From: Eledone cirrhosa
Taxonomy: Eukaryota
Length of the DNA stretch: 64,000 bases
Assembly: GCA_964016885.1 (NCBI GenBank)
Contig: OZ024743.1
Span: forward strand, 243,412,001 to 243,476,000
Reading direction: 5' to 3'
Shown here: piece by piece, positions 36,771-51,200 of the stretch
Numbering within the stretch: the stretch's first letter is position 1
How the letters are laid out: the number at the start of each line of letters is the position of its first letter
Position numbers and translations under genes: made by a program
Notes under the pieces: model-generated
The model's database searches: none
Seen by the model: the letters and a program-made list of their open reading frames with translations, nothing else
Told to the model about the DNA's origin: nothing

Positions 36771-36889
<119 letters not shown>

Positions 36890-36891
36890 TG

Positions 36892-37360
36892 AGTGAGTAT
36901 TTTGTATATCTAACGATATATGGTATGTTTATGAATAAACATTTTGAAAGCCTTCAGCTATGAATTTGGAAACTGATGATGTAACGGCATCAAGCAGAAT
37001 TCAGCAGAAGCAAAGGATGGGTAACTTGCTGACTTTGGTCCTTATCAAGACACTTACCCTGGTCTCTGCTGGAAATCAATATAAGCGAAAACATATACTT
37101 TTGACATCTATGTACATGGGCTGATTAGCCTCATTTGCATATAGAGCTATCGGCTGGTTTGGCTTGTATACATATAAGTATGAGTATTTTGTATACCTAG
37201 TGATATACGGTATGTTTTTTCCTATATTGATTTCCAGCAGAGAGCAGGGTAAGGGAGCACTGTCTTGATAATGACCAGAGTCAGAAATGACGTCATCAAC
37301 CTTTGCTTCTGCTGCAATCCGCTAGATGGTGCTATGTCTTCAATTTCAAAATTCATAGCT
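36892..37360. repeat. Older fold-back element: diverged inverted arms (about 36955-37095 / 37212-37360) plus a 37-bp direct repeat (36894 and 37181)
   Basis: CAGCAGAAGCAAAGG/CCTTTGCTTCTGCTG, TCTGCTGGAAATCAATATA/TATATTGATTTCCAGCAGA and AGCTATGAATTT/AAATTCATAGCT. Confidence 0.8.
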
Positions 37361-37522
37361 TTGCAACCAGCTTTGGCTTCAGTCCTACTGCATGGTAACT
37401 TAGGCCAGTGCCTTCTACTGCAGCCTCAGATTGTGGGTGGAATTTCGTAAACAAAAACTGTATAGAAGCCCAATATATGTATGTACATATGTATGTACGT
37501 GTGTATGTATGTATGAAGCCCT

Positions 37523-37556
<34 letters not shown>

Positions 37557-38761
37557 TGTATGTATGTATGTATGTATGTTGCTCACTATAAAAGCTTCAC
37601 GACACAGGCATTGCTTTATTTCTGGAGATCTCTCTGCACTTGTCGTTACATGGTACCATGGGCCCAGCACTATGTGTCAATAATTGTCACAAGTGTAGTG
37701 TTTGTACCAGAGTTTTCAAGTCGCTGGCTGGACTAAAAAGTCACACTCGTTCAGCGCATCGGTAGGGGTTCTCCTACATGGATATAAAGTAGTGGCCGTA
37801 CTCGAAAACGAGTTGGCAGCCACCATGTATGTATGTATGTATGTATGAAGCCCTCATATATGTATGTATGTATGTATGTATATGTGTGCTAGTGTCTGTG
37901 TTTACATTTTACTATTTATTTATGCCTTGTAATTTAGTGGGTCGACAAATAGAAATTGTATCAGATTTGAAAAAATTAGTACTGGGTTTGATATGATCGA
38001 CAAAATCATTTGAAGGTGGTGCCCCAGTATGGCCACAGTGTAAGGATTGAAACCAATTAAAGAAAAAAATATATATGTGTATGTGTGTCTATGAATATGT
38101 GCATGCATGTGTTTCTATGTACATGTGTGTGCATATATGTGTATGTGCATGTATGTGTATCTAATACATGTGTATGCATATGTGTGTGTGTGTGTGTGTG
38201 CATGAATGTATGTGTGTATATGTGTATGTATGCATGAATGCTGAAACATATTTTTTTATCTGCTGTAAAATGTCTGACATATTTTAACCTTAAACAAGCT
38301 CTAACTTGTTTAAAGAATGTAATTTCTAATACAAAATTGCAATTATATAAGGCAATTAAAATGTAGTTGAGTTTTAGTTTTTATTAGGATTAGGGAAACT
38401 CAAATTAGAGTATTTGTAATAATTATATATGTTTTTCAGAAATTGAAAAGAAATGTTGATAAATGTATTCATTTTATGCCCAAGAAAAATAAATAGAGCC
38501 AAACATAGAATAACTAAGTAATATCTGTATGATAAAACATCTAAATGAGTTGAAAATGTTTTTTAAAATAAATGAAAAAAAAAATGTGTAGAAGGCAAAG
38601 AATTAAAAAACAAAATTCTGAAAATGCTTTTGAACTTTTGGAATGCAAAGACTGGAAAATATATGTAAAGCAGTGATGATGACAACAACATGATGATGAT
38701 AATGATGATGATGGTGATGGTGACGACAATGATGATTATGATGATGAGAAATGAGGATGAC

Positions 38762-38816
<55 letters not shown>

Positions 38817-39332
38817 ATGTAATCTGCACTGTTTAAAACATAATTTAGAAGAAAAAAAAAAGAAACAATTTTCAGAAAAAGTCAAAATTTTTTAAATTAC
38901 ATAGGGAAATTGGAGTGAGGCTCACAAAATGTATATTTATCAAAGGGTCATTTACACCATCTTTCAGTATAGCTGCAAGACATGACAAGCAAAGATAGCA
39001 GACTTACTCACGCTAAAAGTCTTCACTTCCTTGATGAATTATTTCACTTCACATTTTTCTGTACATCCTACACCCCTCCACTCACACATTTGTTTGGTTT
39101 GGTCTTGAGGAAGTGGCTGTGAGCATGACTTTTTCAGGACCACTGAGATTACTAAAATATTGATGGAGTTAACGTTCCTTTATGTCAAAAGGTTAATATT
39201 TGCCATTCAATAACTACTGATTGATAAAATAAGTACCAGACTAAGTATTGGTGTCAATATGATTAATTAAAGACAATTGAAAGCAGTGCTCCAGTATAAC
39301 CACATTCCAAAGAAAAGCAAACAATATATATA

Positions 39333-40892
39333 TAATTGTTTCTACTTTAGGCACAAGGCCAGCAATTACCCAGTACATTACTGGTACTTTATTTTATCGA
39401 CCCCGTAAGGATGAAAGGCAAAGTTAACCTCGGCGGGATTTGAATATATAATGTTTCTGATTTAGACACAAGGGAAACAATTCTGGGAGAGGGGAAGTTG
39501 ATTAAATTGACCCCAGTGCATTACTGGTGCTTTATTTTATTGACCCCATAAGAATGAAAGGCAAGGCTAACCGTGGCAAGATTAGAACTCAGAAGGTAAA
39601 GGGTCTTAACTCTATGTTGCAAAGCATGTTGTCCAATGCTCTACTGATACTGCCAATCCACCTATAACAATATCTATGTGAGTTCCTTTGGCTCTTGGTA
39701 TCTTAGTGCCAAATTTGCATTGATATATATATAATAAATATACAAAAGTCTCAGTATGAATTTTTTCTGACTCACCTATAATGAAGGACGCTTTGTTAGT
39801 GCCACTTCTAATTATACATTCATATATATATATATATGACAAAAAGCACAAAGTCTACCCTGTATGCTGACTTGGCACCACAACAACAAAAGTACCTAGT
39901 ACATCTGGTAAGTTGATTATGATGGTGACTCGAGAAAAAGCACCCAGTCCACACTGTAAAGTGGTTATGCTGGTAACACGACAAAAAGCACCCAGTTCAC
40001 ACTGTAAGGTAGTTGTGCTGGTGACATGACAAACAGTGCCCAGTTTACCTGCAAGGTAGTCATTTCAGTGCCACAATAAAAAGCATGGTTAATGTTAGGA
40101 AGGGCATCTAGCCATAGAAACCATAACATGACAACCCATCTAATCCATGCAAGCATGGAAAATGGACATTAAACAATGATGATGATTATATGAACTATAT
40201 ATTGCTAATGTAATGTAAGTAATATTTCATTGTTCTACTTGATTATATGATTTTTATGCAAAGTGGTCGGGTAGGTGTCACGACAAAAAGCCCCCAGCCT
40301 ACACTGTAAATGTGGTTGGCGTTAGGAAGGGCATCCAGCCATAGAAACCTAGTCAGAAACAGTCCTATATGAGCAAAACATGGTCACCTGACCTGACTTG
40401 CCTCTAATGGGACAACCTGTCTAACCCATGCTAATGTGGAAAATGGACGTTAAATGATGATTATCATTATTATTGAGGTGAATTGGCAGTATCGGTAGAA
40501 GGTTGGACGCCATGCTTTCTTGCATAGTTACGTCCTTTTACGGTCTGAGTTCAAATCCGCCCAGGTTAACTTTGCCTTTCATCCTTACACGGTTGATAAA
40601 ATAAAGTACCAGTAATGTACTGGGTAATTGCTGGCCTTGTGCCAAAAGTAGAAACAATTATTATTATTACTATTATTATTGTTATTCTTGGAGTGTCAGT
40701 CATTAATGGATTGGCAGTATCGGTAGAGAGTCAGACACCATGCTTTGAAGCATAGAGTTACATCCCTTTATGATCTGAGTTCAAATTCCGCCGAGGTTAA
40801 CTTTGCTTTTCATCCTTACGGGGTCGATAAAATAAAGTACCAGTAATGTACTGGGTAATTGCTGGCCTTGTGCCAAAAGTAGAAACAATTAT
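39333..40892. mobile_element. SINE cluster: family B minus (39333-39445, 39450-39662), family C plus (x2), family B plus (40478-40680, 40705-40892)
   Basis: Same diagnostic motifs as the copies described above. Confidence 0.85.
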
Positions 40893-40899
40893 TTAACTG

Positions 40900-41790
40900 G
40901 AAAGTTTGTTCAAATGAACATCAAGCCACTACCTGCAGCCTCAGATATTCAGGATGTATAGGAGAGTTCTTGCTGTTCCCAGCAAGCATGCCATTTGAAG
41001 TATTCCAAAAAAGGAGGCTGGGCTAATGTTCTTTAACTATCCTTGAAAACTAGTACCTAGTGCTCCTATGTCAATGAGGATGACCTTGATCTCATGACAG
41101 TCCCAAATCCTTTTTAACTCCCACTTTAAATACTGGTATCCGCTAATTTTCTCCTCCTTTTCTTGTACTCTTGTGTCAAAGGGGCAGGCTACATCTACAA
41201 TCCCTTGTCAAAAACCACCTGGTTTTATTGTGTTCTAATTTCTTGTTTGTCTGTATCCTGAAATCCCATAGCACCTTTACTTGATCATTTATGCTTATAC
41301 CACTTCTCAGAATGTGGTAAATTATTCAGTTTGCATAAATGCCAGTGAATCACCTTTTCTATTATATCATGTCTCCAGCCTTTATAGTGAGTCTGGGTTA
41401 GGCGTTTACACTCAGATACAATGTGAACCACAGTCTCCTCTCTCTCTCTCCACAGATCCTATACAGTGAGCTAGCCTCCTCTTTGTCAATATCGTGTTTC
41501 GCCCACTTCGTTCTGAGGGCTTGCTCTTGTGTAGCCATTAGCATTCCTTCTGTAGCCTTTTTAACGTCTCCTCTTTTTAACCAGCTCCATGTCTGTGGAT
41601 CTCTGAAATCCATTTTCTTAAAGAAGGTGCTATTTCCATTATCATTTTTATTGAACATCATTACTGCTTTACCGAGCACAGCTCTGTGTGCCTTGGGTAT
41701 GAGCAGCGTAGTTTTTTATGATGTTGTTTCTATTATATTGATAGTACTTTTCGTAATATGTGTGCAGTGCCTAGTAGTGCTCTCTTTTGT
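40900..41790 (-). mobile_element. R4/Dong-like retrotransposon 3' relic
   Basis: TWSWLKRGDVKKATEGMLMATQEQALRT..RICGE..HIVSECK..RHDN..IHW..IVDVACPFD..IGALG..ACLLGTARTL. Confidence 0.85.
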
Positions 41791-41892
41791 ATGTTGTATA
41801 TTATATACACCTATTATTACGGGGTCGATAAAATGAAGTACCAGTAATGTACTGGTTAATTGCTGGCCTTGTGCCTAAAGTAGAAACAATTA

Positions 41893-42238
41893 TTATAGGT
41901 ATTGTTTCTGTTTTCATTTTCCACATTCGAGTTATTTCTATCTTTAGATCTTTATATTTGGAGAATTTCTCTATTTCCTTGGAAGATATATTGTCGTCTG
42001 TGGTGATAGATACATCTATTAGAAGACATTTTTTTTCTTTGGTCTTTGACTATAATATCTGGTCGGTTGGCCTTGATCTCTCTGCCTGTATGTATTGGCA
42101 TATCCCAGAGAATGGTTGCTTTGTCATTCTCTGACACTTTTTCTGATGTGTGTTTGTACCATCTTTTTTCTGTTGGTATTTCATAATGCTGGCATAATTT
42201 CCAGTGTATGAAGGTCCCAACTTTGGCATCACAGAGGA
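41893..42238 (-). mobile_element. Second R4/Dong-like RLE fragment abutting satellite B. A family B SINE tail lies at 41815-41895
   Basis: IHWKLCQHYEIPTEKRWYKH..ILWDMPIHTGREIKANRPDIIVKD..(frameshift) IDVS..KEIEKFSKYKDLKIEITRMW. Confidence 0.85.
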
Positions 42239-42241
42239 GAT

Positions 42242-45200
42242 CTACTAGGCCATGTTGATAATAACTACTAGGCCATGTCCACATTAACCACTAGGGCATG
42301 TCCGCATTAACCACTAAGCCATGTCCACATTAACTACTAGGTCATGTCCACATTAACTACTAGGCCATGTCCACATTAAATACTAGGTCATGTCCACATT
42401 AACTACTAGGCCATGTCCACATTAATTACTAAGCCATGTCCACATTAACTACTAGGCCATGTCCACATTAACTACTAGGCCATGTCCACATTAATTACTA
42501 AGCCATGTGCACATTAACTACAAGGTCATGTCCACAATAACCACTAGGCCATGTCCACATTAACTACTAGGTCATGTCCTCATTAACTACGAGGTCATGT
42601 CCACATTAACTACTAGGCCATGTCTGCTTATAGCACTAGGCCATGTCCACATTAACTAGTAGGCCATGTCCACATCAACCACTAGGCCATGTCCACATTA
42701 ACTACTGGGCCATGTGCACATTAACTACTAGGTCATGTCCACATTAAGCACTAGGCCATGTCCAGATTAACCACAAGACCATGTCCACATTAACTACTAC
42801 GCCATGTCCACATTAACTACTAGGCCATGTCCAGATTAACCACAAGACCATGTCTGCATTAACTATAGGCCATGTCCACATTAACGACTAGGCCATGTCC
42901 ACATTAACTACTAGGCCATGTCCACATTAACCACTAGGACATGTCTACATTAAATACTAGGCCATGTCCACATTAACCACAAGGCCATGTCCACATTAAA
43001 TACTAGGCTATGCCCATATGAACTACTAGGCCATGTCCACATTAGCTACTAGGTCATGTCCACATTAACTACTAGGTCATGTCCACAATAACTACTAGGC
43101 CATGTTCACATTAACTACGAGACCATGTCCATATTAACCACTACGGCATGACCACATTAACTACTAGGCCATGTCCACATTAACTACTAGGTCATGTCCT
43201 CATTAACTACTAGGCCTGTCCACATTAACTACTAGGCCATGTCTACATTAACTACTATGTCATGTCCTCATTAACTACTAGGCCATGTCCACATTAACTA
43301 TTAGGCCATGTCTACATTAACCACTAGGCCATGTCCACATTAATCACTAGGCCATGTCCATATTAACCACTAGGCCATGTCCACATGAACTGCTCAGCCA
43401 TGACCACATAAATCACTAGGCCATGTCCACATTTACTACTAGGCCATGTCCACATTAACTACTAGGCCATGTCTACATTAACTACTAAGTTATGTCCACA
43501 TTAACTACTAGGCCATGTCCACATTAACTACTAGGCCATGTCCACATTAACTACTAAGCCATGTCCACATTGACTACTAGGCCATCTCCACATTAATCAC
43601 TAGGCCATGTCCACATTAACCAACAAGCCATGTCCACGTTAACCACTAGGCCATGTCTACATTAACTACTAAGTTATGTCCACATTAACTACTAGGCCAT
43701 GTCCACATTAACTACTAGGCCATGTCCACATTAACTACTAAGCCATGTCCACATTAACTACTAGGCCATGTCCACATTAATCACTAGGCCATGTCCACAT
43801 TAACCAACAAGCCATATCCACATTAACCACTAGGCCATGTCCACATTAACTACTAAGTTATGTCCACATTAACTACTAAGTTATGTCCACATTAACTACT
43901 AGGCCAAGTCCACATTAACTACTTGGCCATGTCAACATTAACTACTAGGCCATGTCCACATTAATTACTAGGTCATTTCTGCATTAACCACTAGGCCATG
44001 TCCACATTAACTACTAGGCCATGTCCACATTAACTACTAGGCTATGTCCACATTATCTACTAGGCCATGTCCAGATTAACCACTAGGCCATGTCTACATT
44101 AAATGCTAGGCCATGTCCACATTAACCACTAGGCCATGTCCACATTAACTACTAGGCCATGTCCACATTAACTACTAGGTCATATCCACATTAACTACTA
44201 ATCTATGTCCACATTAGCAACTAGGCCATGTCCACATTAACTACTAGGTCATATCCACATTAACTACTAATCTATGTCCAAATTAACTACTAGGCCATGT
44301 CCACATTAACTACTAGGCCATGTCCACATTAACTACTAGGCCATGTCCACATTAACTACTAGGCCATGTCAACATTAACAAAAGGCCATGTCAAAATTAA
44401 CTACTAGGCCATGTCCACATTATCTACTAGGCCATGTCGACATTAATTACTAAGCCATGTCCACATTAACTACTAGGTCATGTCCACATTAACCACTAGG
44501 CCATGTCCACAGAAACTACTAGACCATGTCCACATTAACTACTAGGCCATGTCCAGATTAACTGCTAGGCCATGTCCACATTAATAACTAGGCCATGTCC
44601 ACATTAACCACCAAGCCATGTCCACATTAACCACTAGGCCATGTCCACATTAACTACTAGGTTATGTCCACATTAACTGTTAGGTTATGTCCACATTAAC
44701 TACTAGGCCATGTCCACATTAACTACTAGGCCATGTCCACATTAATCACTAGGCCATGTCCACATTAACCAACAAGCCATGTCCACATTAACCACAAGGC
44801 TATGTCCACATTAACTACTTGGCCATGTCCACATTAACTACTAGGCCATGTCCAGATTAACTAGTAGGCCATGTCCACATTAATTACTAGGTCATGTCCA
44901 CATTAACCACAAGGCCATGTCTGCATTAACTATAGGCCATGTCCACATTAACTACTAGGCCATGTCTGCATATAGCACTAGGCCATGTCCACATTAACCA
45001 CTAGGCCATGTCTACATTAACTAGTAGGCCTTGTTCACATTAACCACTAGGCCATGTACACATTAACTACTAGGCATTGTCCACATTAACTACTAGGCCA
45101 TGTCCTCATTAACTACTAGGTCATATCCACATTAACTACTAATGTATGTCCACATTAACTACTAGGCGATGTCCACATTAACTACTAGGCCATGTCCACA

Positions 45201-48200
45201 TTAACTACTAGGCCATGTCCACATTAACTACTAGGACATGTCCAGATTAACCACTAGGCCATGTCTACATTAAATGCTAGGCCATGTCCACATTAACCAC
45301 TAGGCCATGTCCACATTAACTACTAGGCCATGTCCACATTAACTACTAGGTCATATCCACATTAACTACTAATCTATGTCCACATTAGCAACTAGGCCAT
45401 GTCCACATTAACTACTAGGTCATATCCACATTAACTACTAATCTATGTCCACATTAACTACTAGGCCATGTCCACATTAACTACTAGGGTATGTCCACAT
45501 TAACCAATAGGCCATGTCCAAATTAACTACTAGGCCATGTCCACATTAACTACTAGGTCATGTCCACATTAACTACTAGGCCATGTCAACATTAACTACT
45601 ACGCCATGTCCACATTAATTACTAGGCCATATCCGCATTAACTACTAGTCCATGTCCACATTAACTACTAGGCCATGTCAACATTAACTACTAGGCCATG
45701 TCCACATTATCTACTAGGCCATGTCCACATTAATTACTAAGCCATGTCCACATTAACTACTAGGTCATGTCCACATTAACCACTAGGCCATATCCGCATT
45801 GACTACTAGTCCATGTCCACATTAACTACTAGGCCATGTCAACATTAACTACTAGGCCATGTCCACATTATCTACTAGGCCATGTCCACATTAATAACTA
45901 GGCCATGTCCACATTAACCACCAAGCCATGACCACATTAACTACTAGGTTATGTCCACATTAACTATTAGGTTATGCCCACATTAACTACTAGGCCATGT
46001 CCACATTAACTACTAGGCCATGTTCACATTAACTACTAGGCCATGTCCACATTAACTAGTAGGCCATGTCCACATTAATTACTAGGTCATGTCCTCATTA
46101 ACTACTAGGCCATGTCTACATTAACCGCAAGGCCATGTCCACAAAAACCACGAGGCCATGTCCACATTAACTACTAGGCCATATCCACATTAATTACTAG
46201 TCCATGTCCACATTAATGACTAGGCCATGTCCACATTAACTACTAGGTCATATCCACATAAACTACTAATCTATGTCCATATTAACTACTAGGCCATGTT
46301 TACATTAACTACTAGGTCATGTCCACAATAACTACTAGGCCATGTCCACAATAACGACTAGGCCATGTCCACATTAACTACTAAGCCATGTCCACATTAA
46401 CTACAAGGTCATGTCCAGAATAACCACTAGGCCATGTCCACATTAACTACTAGGTCATGTCCTCATTAACTACGAGGTCATGTCCACATTAACCACAAGC
46501 CATGTCCAAATTAACTACTAGGCCATGTCTGCATATAGCACTAGGCCATGTCCACATTAACTACTAGGCCATGTCCAGATTAACCACAAGGCCATGTCTG
46601 CATTAACTATAGGCCATGTCCACATTAACTACTAGGCCATGTCCACATTAACCACTAGGACATGTCTACATTAAATACTAGGCCATGTCCACATTAACCA
46701 CAAGGCCATGTCCACTTTAAATACAAGGCTATGCCCATATGAACTACTAGGCCATGTCCACATTAACTACTAGGTCATGTCCTCAATAACTACTAGGTCA
46801 TCTTCACATTAACTATTAGGTCATGTCCGCATTAACTACTAGGCCATGTCCACATTAACCACTCAGCCATGTCCACATTAACCACTAGGTCATGTCCACA
46901 TTAACTACTAGGCCATGTCGACATCAACTACTAGACCGTCTCCACATTAACCACTAAGCTATGTTGACATTAACTACTAGGCCATGTCCATATTAACTAC
47001 TAGGCCATGTCCACATTAACCACTAGTCCATGTCCACATTAACCACTAGGCCTTGTCCACATTAACCACTAGTTCATGTCCACATTAACTACTAGGCCAT
47101 GTCCACATTAACTACTAGACCATGTTCACAATAACTACTAGGCCATGTCCACATTAACCACTAGGGCATGTCCGCATTAACCACTAAGCCATGTCCACAT
47201 TAACTACTGGGCCATGTCCACATTATCTACTAGGCCATGTTCACAATAACTACTAGGCCATGTCCACATTAACCACTAGGGCATGTCCGCATTAACCACT
47301 AGGCCATGCCCACATTAACTACTAGGCCATGTCTGCATATAGCAAAAGGCCATGTCCACATTAACTACTAGGCCATGTCCACATTAATTACTAAGCCATG
47401 TTCACATTAACTACTAGGCCATGACCACATTAAGTACTAGGTCATGTCCACATTAACTACTAGGTCATGTCCACATTAACCACTAGTTCATGTCCACATT
47501 AACTACTAGGCCATGTCCACATTAATTACTAGGCCATGTCTACATTAATTACTAAGCCATGTCCACATTAACTACTAGGTCATGTCCACATTAACCACTA
47601 GGCCATGCCCACATTAACTACTAGGCCATGTCTGCATATAGCAAAAGGCCATGTCCACATTAACTACTAGGCCATGTCCACATTAATTACTAAGCCATGT
47701 CCACATTAACTACTAGGCCATGACCACATTAACTACTAGGCCATGTCCACATTAATTAATAAGCCATATCCACATTAAATACAAGGTCATGTCCACAATA
47801 ACCACTATGCCATGTCCACATTAACTACTAGGTCATGTCCTCATTAACTACGAGGTCATGTCCACATTAACTACTAGGCCATGTCTGCATATAGCACTAG
47901 GCCATGTCCTCATTAACTAGTAGGCCATGTCCACATCAACCACTAGGCCATGTCCACATTAACCACTAGACCATGTCCACATTAACCACTAGACGATGTC
48001 CACATTAACTACTAGGCCATGTCCACATTAACTACTAGGCGATGTCCAGATTAACCACAAGGCCATGTCTGCATTAACTATAGGCCATGTCCACATTAAC
48101 GACTAGGCCATGTCCACATTAACTACTAGGCCATGTCCACATTAACCACTAGGACATGTCTACATTAAATACTAGGCCATGTCCACATTAACCACTAGCC

Positions 48201-51200
48201 CATGTCCACATTAACCACTAGGCCTTGTCCACATTAACCACTAGGGCATGTCCGCATTAACCACTAAGCCATGTCCACATTAACTACTAGGCCATGTCCA
48301 CATTAACTACTAAGCCATGTCCACATTAACTACTAGGCCATGTCCAGATTAACGACAAGGCCATGTCTGCATTAACTATAAGCCATGTCCACATTAACTA
48401 CTACGCCATGTCCACATTAGACACTAGGACATGTCTACATTAAATACTAGGCCATGTGCACATTAACCACAAGGCCATGTCCACATTAAATACTAGGCTA
48501 TGCCCATATGAACTACTAGGCCATGTCCACATTAACTACTAGGTCATGTCCACATTAACTACTAGGCCATGTCCACATTAACTACTAGGCCATGTTCACA
48601 TTAACGACGAGACCATGTCCATATTAACCACTAGTCCATGACCACATTAACTACTAGGCCATGTCCACATTAACTACTAGGCCATGTCCACATTAATCAC
48701 TAGGCCATGTCCACATTAACCAACAAGCCATGTCCACATTAACCACAAGGCTATGTCCACATTAACTACTTGGCCATGTCCACATTAACTACTAGGCCAT
48801 GTCCAGATTAACTAGTAGGCCATGTCCACATTAATTACTAGGTCATGTCCACATTAACCACAAGGCCATGTCTGCATTAACTATAGGCCATGTCCACATT
48901 AACTACTAGGCCATGTCTGCATATAGCACTAGGCCATGTCCACATTAACCACTAGGCCATGTCTACATTAACTAGTAGGCCTTGTTCACATTAACCACTA
49001 GGCCATGTACACATTAACTACTAGGCATTGTCCACATTAACTACTAGGCCATGTCCTCATTAACTACTAGGTCATATCCACATTAACTACTAATGTATGT
49101 CCACATTAACTACTAGGCGATGTCCACATTAACTACTAGGCCATGTCCACATTAACTACTAGGCCATGTCCACATTAACTACTAGGACATGTCCAGATTA
49201 ACCACTAGGCCATGTCTACATTAAATGCTAGGCCATGTCCACATTAACCACTAGGCCATGTCCACATTAACTACTAGGCCATGTCCACATTAACTACTAG
49301 GTCATATCCACATTAACTACTAATCTATGTCCACATTAGCAACTAGGCCATGTCCACATTAACTACTAGGTCATATCCACATTAACTACTAATCTATGTC
49401 CACATTAACTACTAGGCCATGTCCACATTAACTACTAGGGTATGTCCACATTAACCAATAGGCCATGTCCAAATTAACTACTAGGCCATGTCCACATTAA
49501 CTACTAGGCCATGTCCACATTAACTACTAGGCCATGTCAACATTAACTACTACGCCATGTCCACATTAATTACTAGGCCATATCCGCATTAACTACTAGT
49601 CCATGTCCACATTAACTACTAGGCCATGTCAACATTAACTACTAGGCCATGTCCACATTATCTACTAGGCCATGTCCACATTAATTACTAAGCCATGTCC
49701 ACATTAACTACTAGGTCATGTCCACATTAACCACTAGGCCATATCCGCATTGACTACTAGTCCATGTCCACATTAACTACTAGGCCATGTCAACATTAAC
49801 TACTAGGCCATGTCCACATTATCTACTAGGCCATGTCCACATTAATAACTAGGCCATGTCCACATTAACCACCAAGCCATGACCACATTAACTACTAGGT
49901 TATGTCCACATTAACTATTAGGTTATGCCCACATTAACTACTAGGCCATGTCCACATTAACTACTAGGCCATGTTCACATTAACTACTAGGCCATGTCCA
50001 CATTAACTAGTAGGCCATGTCCACATTAATTACTAGGTCATGTCCTCATTAACTACTAGGCCATGTCTACATTAACCGCAAGGCCATGTCCACAAAAACC
50101 ACGAGGCCATGTCCACATTAACTACTAGGCCATATCCACATTAATTACTAGTCCATGTCCACATTAATGACTAGGCCATGTCCACATTAACTACTAGGTC
50201 ATATCCACATAAACTACTAATCTATGTCCATATTAACTACTAGGCCATGTTTACATTAACTACTAGGTCATGTCCACAATAACTACTAGGCCATGTCCAC
50301 AATAACGACTAGGCCATGTCCACATTAACTACTAAGCCATGTCCACATTAACTACAAGGTCATGTCCAGAATAACCACTAGGCCATGTCCACATTAACTA
50401 CTAGGTCATGTCCTCATTAACTACGAGGTCATGTCCACATTAACCACAAGCCATGTCCAAATTAACTACTAGGCCATGTCTGCATATAGCACTAGGCCAT
50501 GTCCACATTAACTACTAGGCCATGTCCAGATTAACCACAAGGCCATGTCTGCATTAACTATAGGCCATGTCCACATTAACTACTAGGCCATGTCCACATT
50601 AACCACTAGGACATGTCTACATTAAATACTAGGCCATGTCCACATTAACCACAAGGCCATGTCCACTTTAAATACAAGGCTATGCCCATATGAACTACTA
50701 GGCCATGTCCACATTAACTACTAGGTCATGTCCTCAATAACTACTAGGTCATCTTCACATTAACTATTAGGTCATGTCCGCATTAACTACTAGGCCATGT
50801 CCACATTAACCACTCAGCCATGTCCACATTAACCACTAGGTCATGTCCACATTAACTACTAGGCCATGTCGACATCAACTACTAGACCGTCTCCACATTA
50901 ACCACTAAGCTATGTTGACATTAACTACTAGGCCATGTCCATATTAACTACTAGGCCATGTCCACATTAACCACTAGTCCATGTCCACATTAACCACTAG
51001 GCCTTGTCCACATTAACCACTAGTTCATGTCCACATTAACTACTAGGCCATGTCCACATTAACTACTAGACCATGTTCACAATAACTACTAGGCCATGTC
51101 CACATTAACCACTAGGGCATGTCCGCATTAACCACTAAGCCATGTCCACATTAACTACTGGGCCATGTCCACATTAACTACTAGGCCATGTTCACAATAA

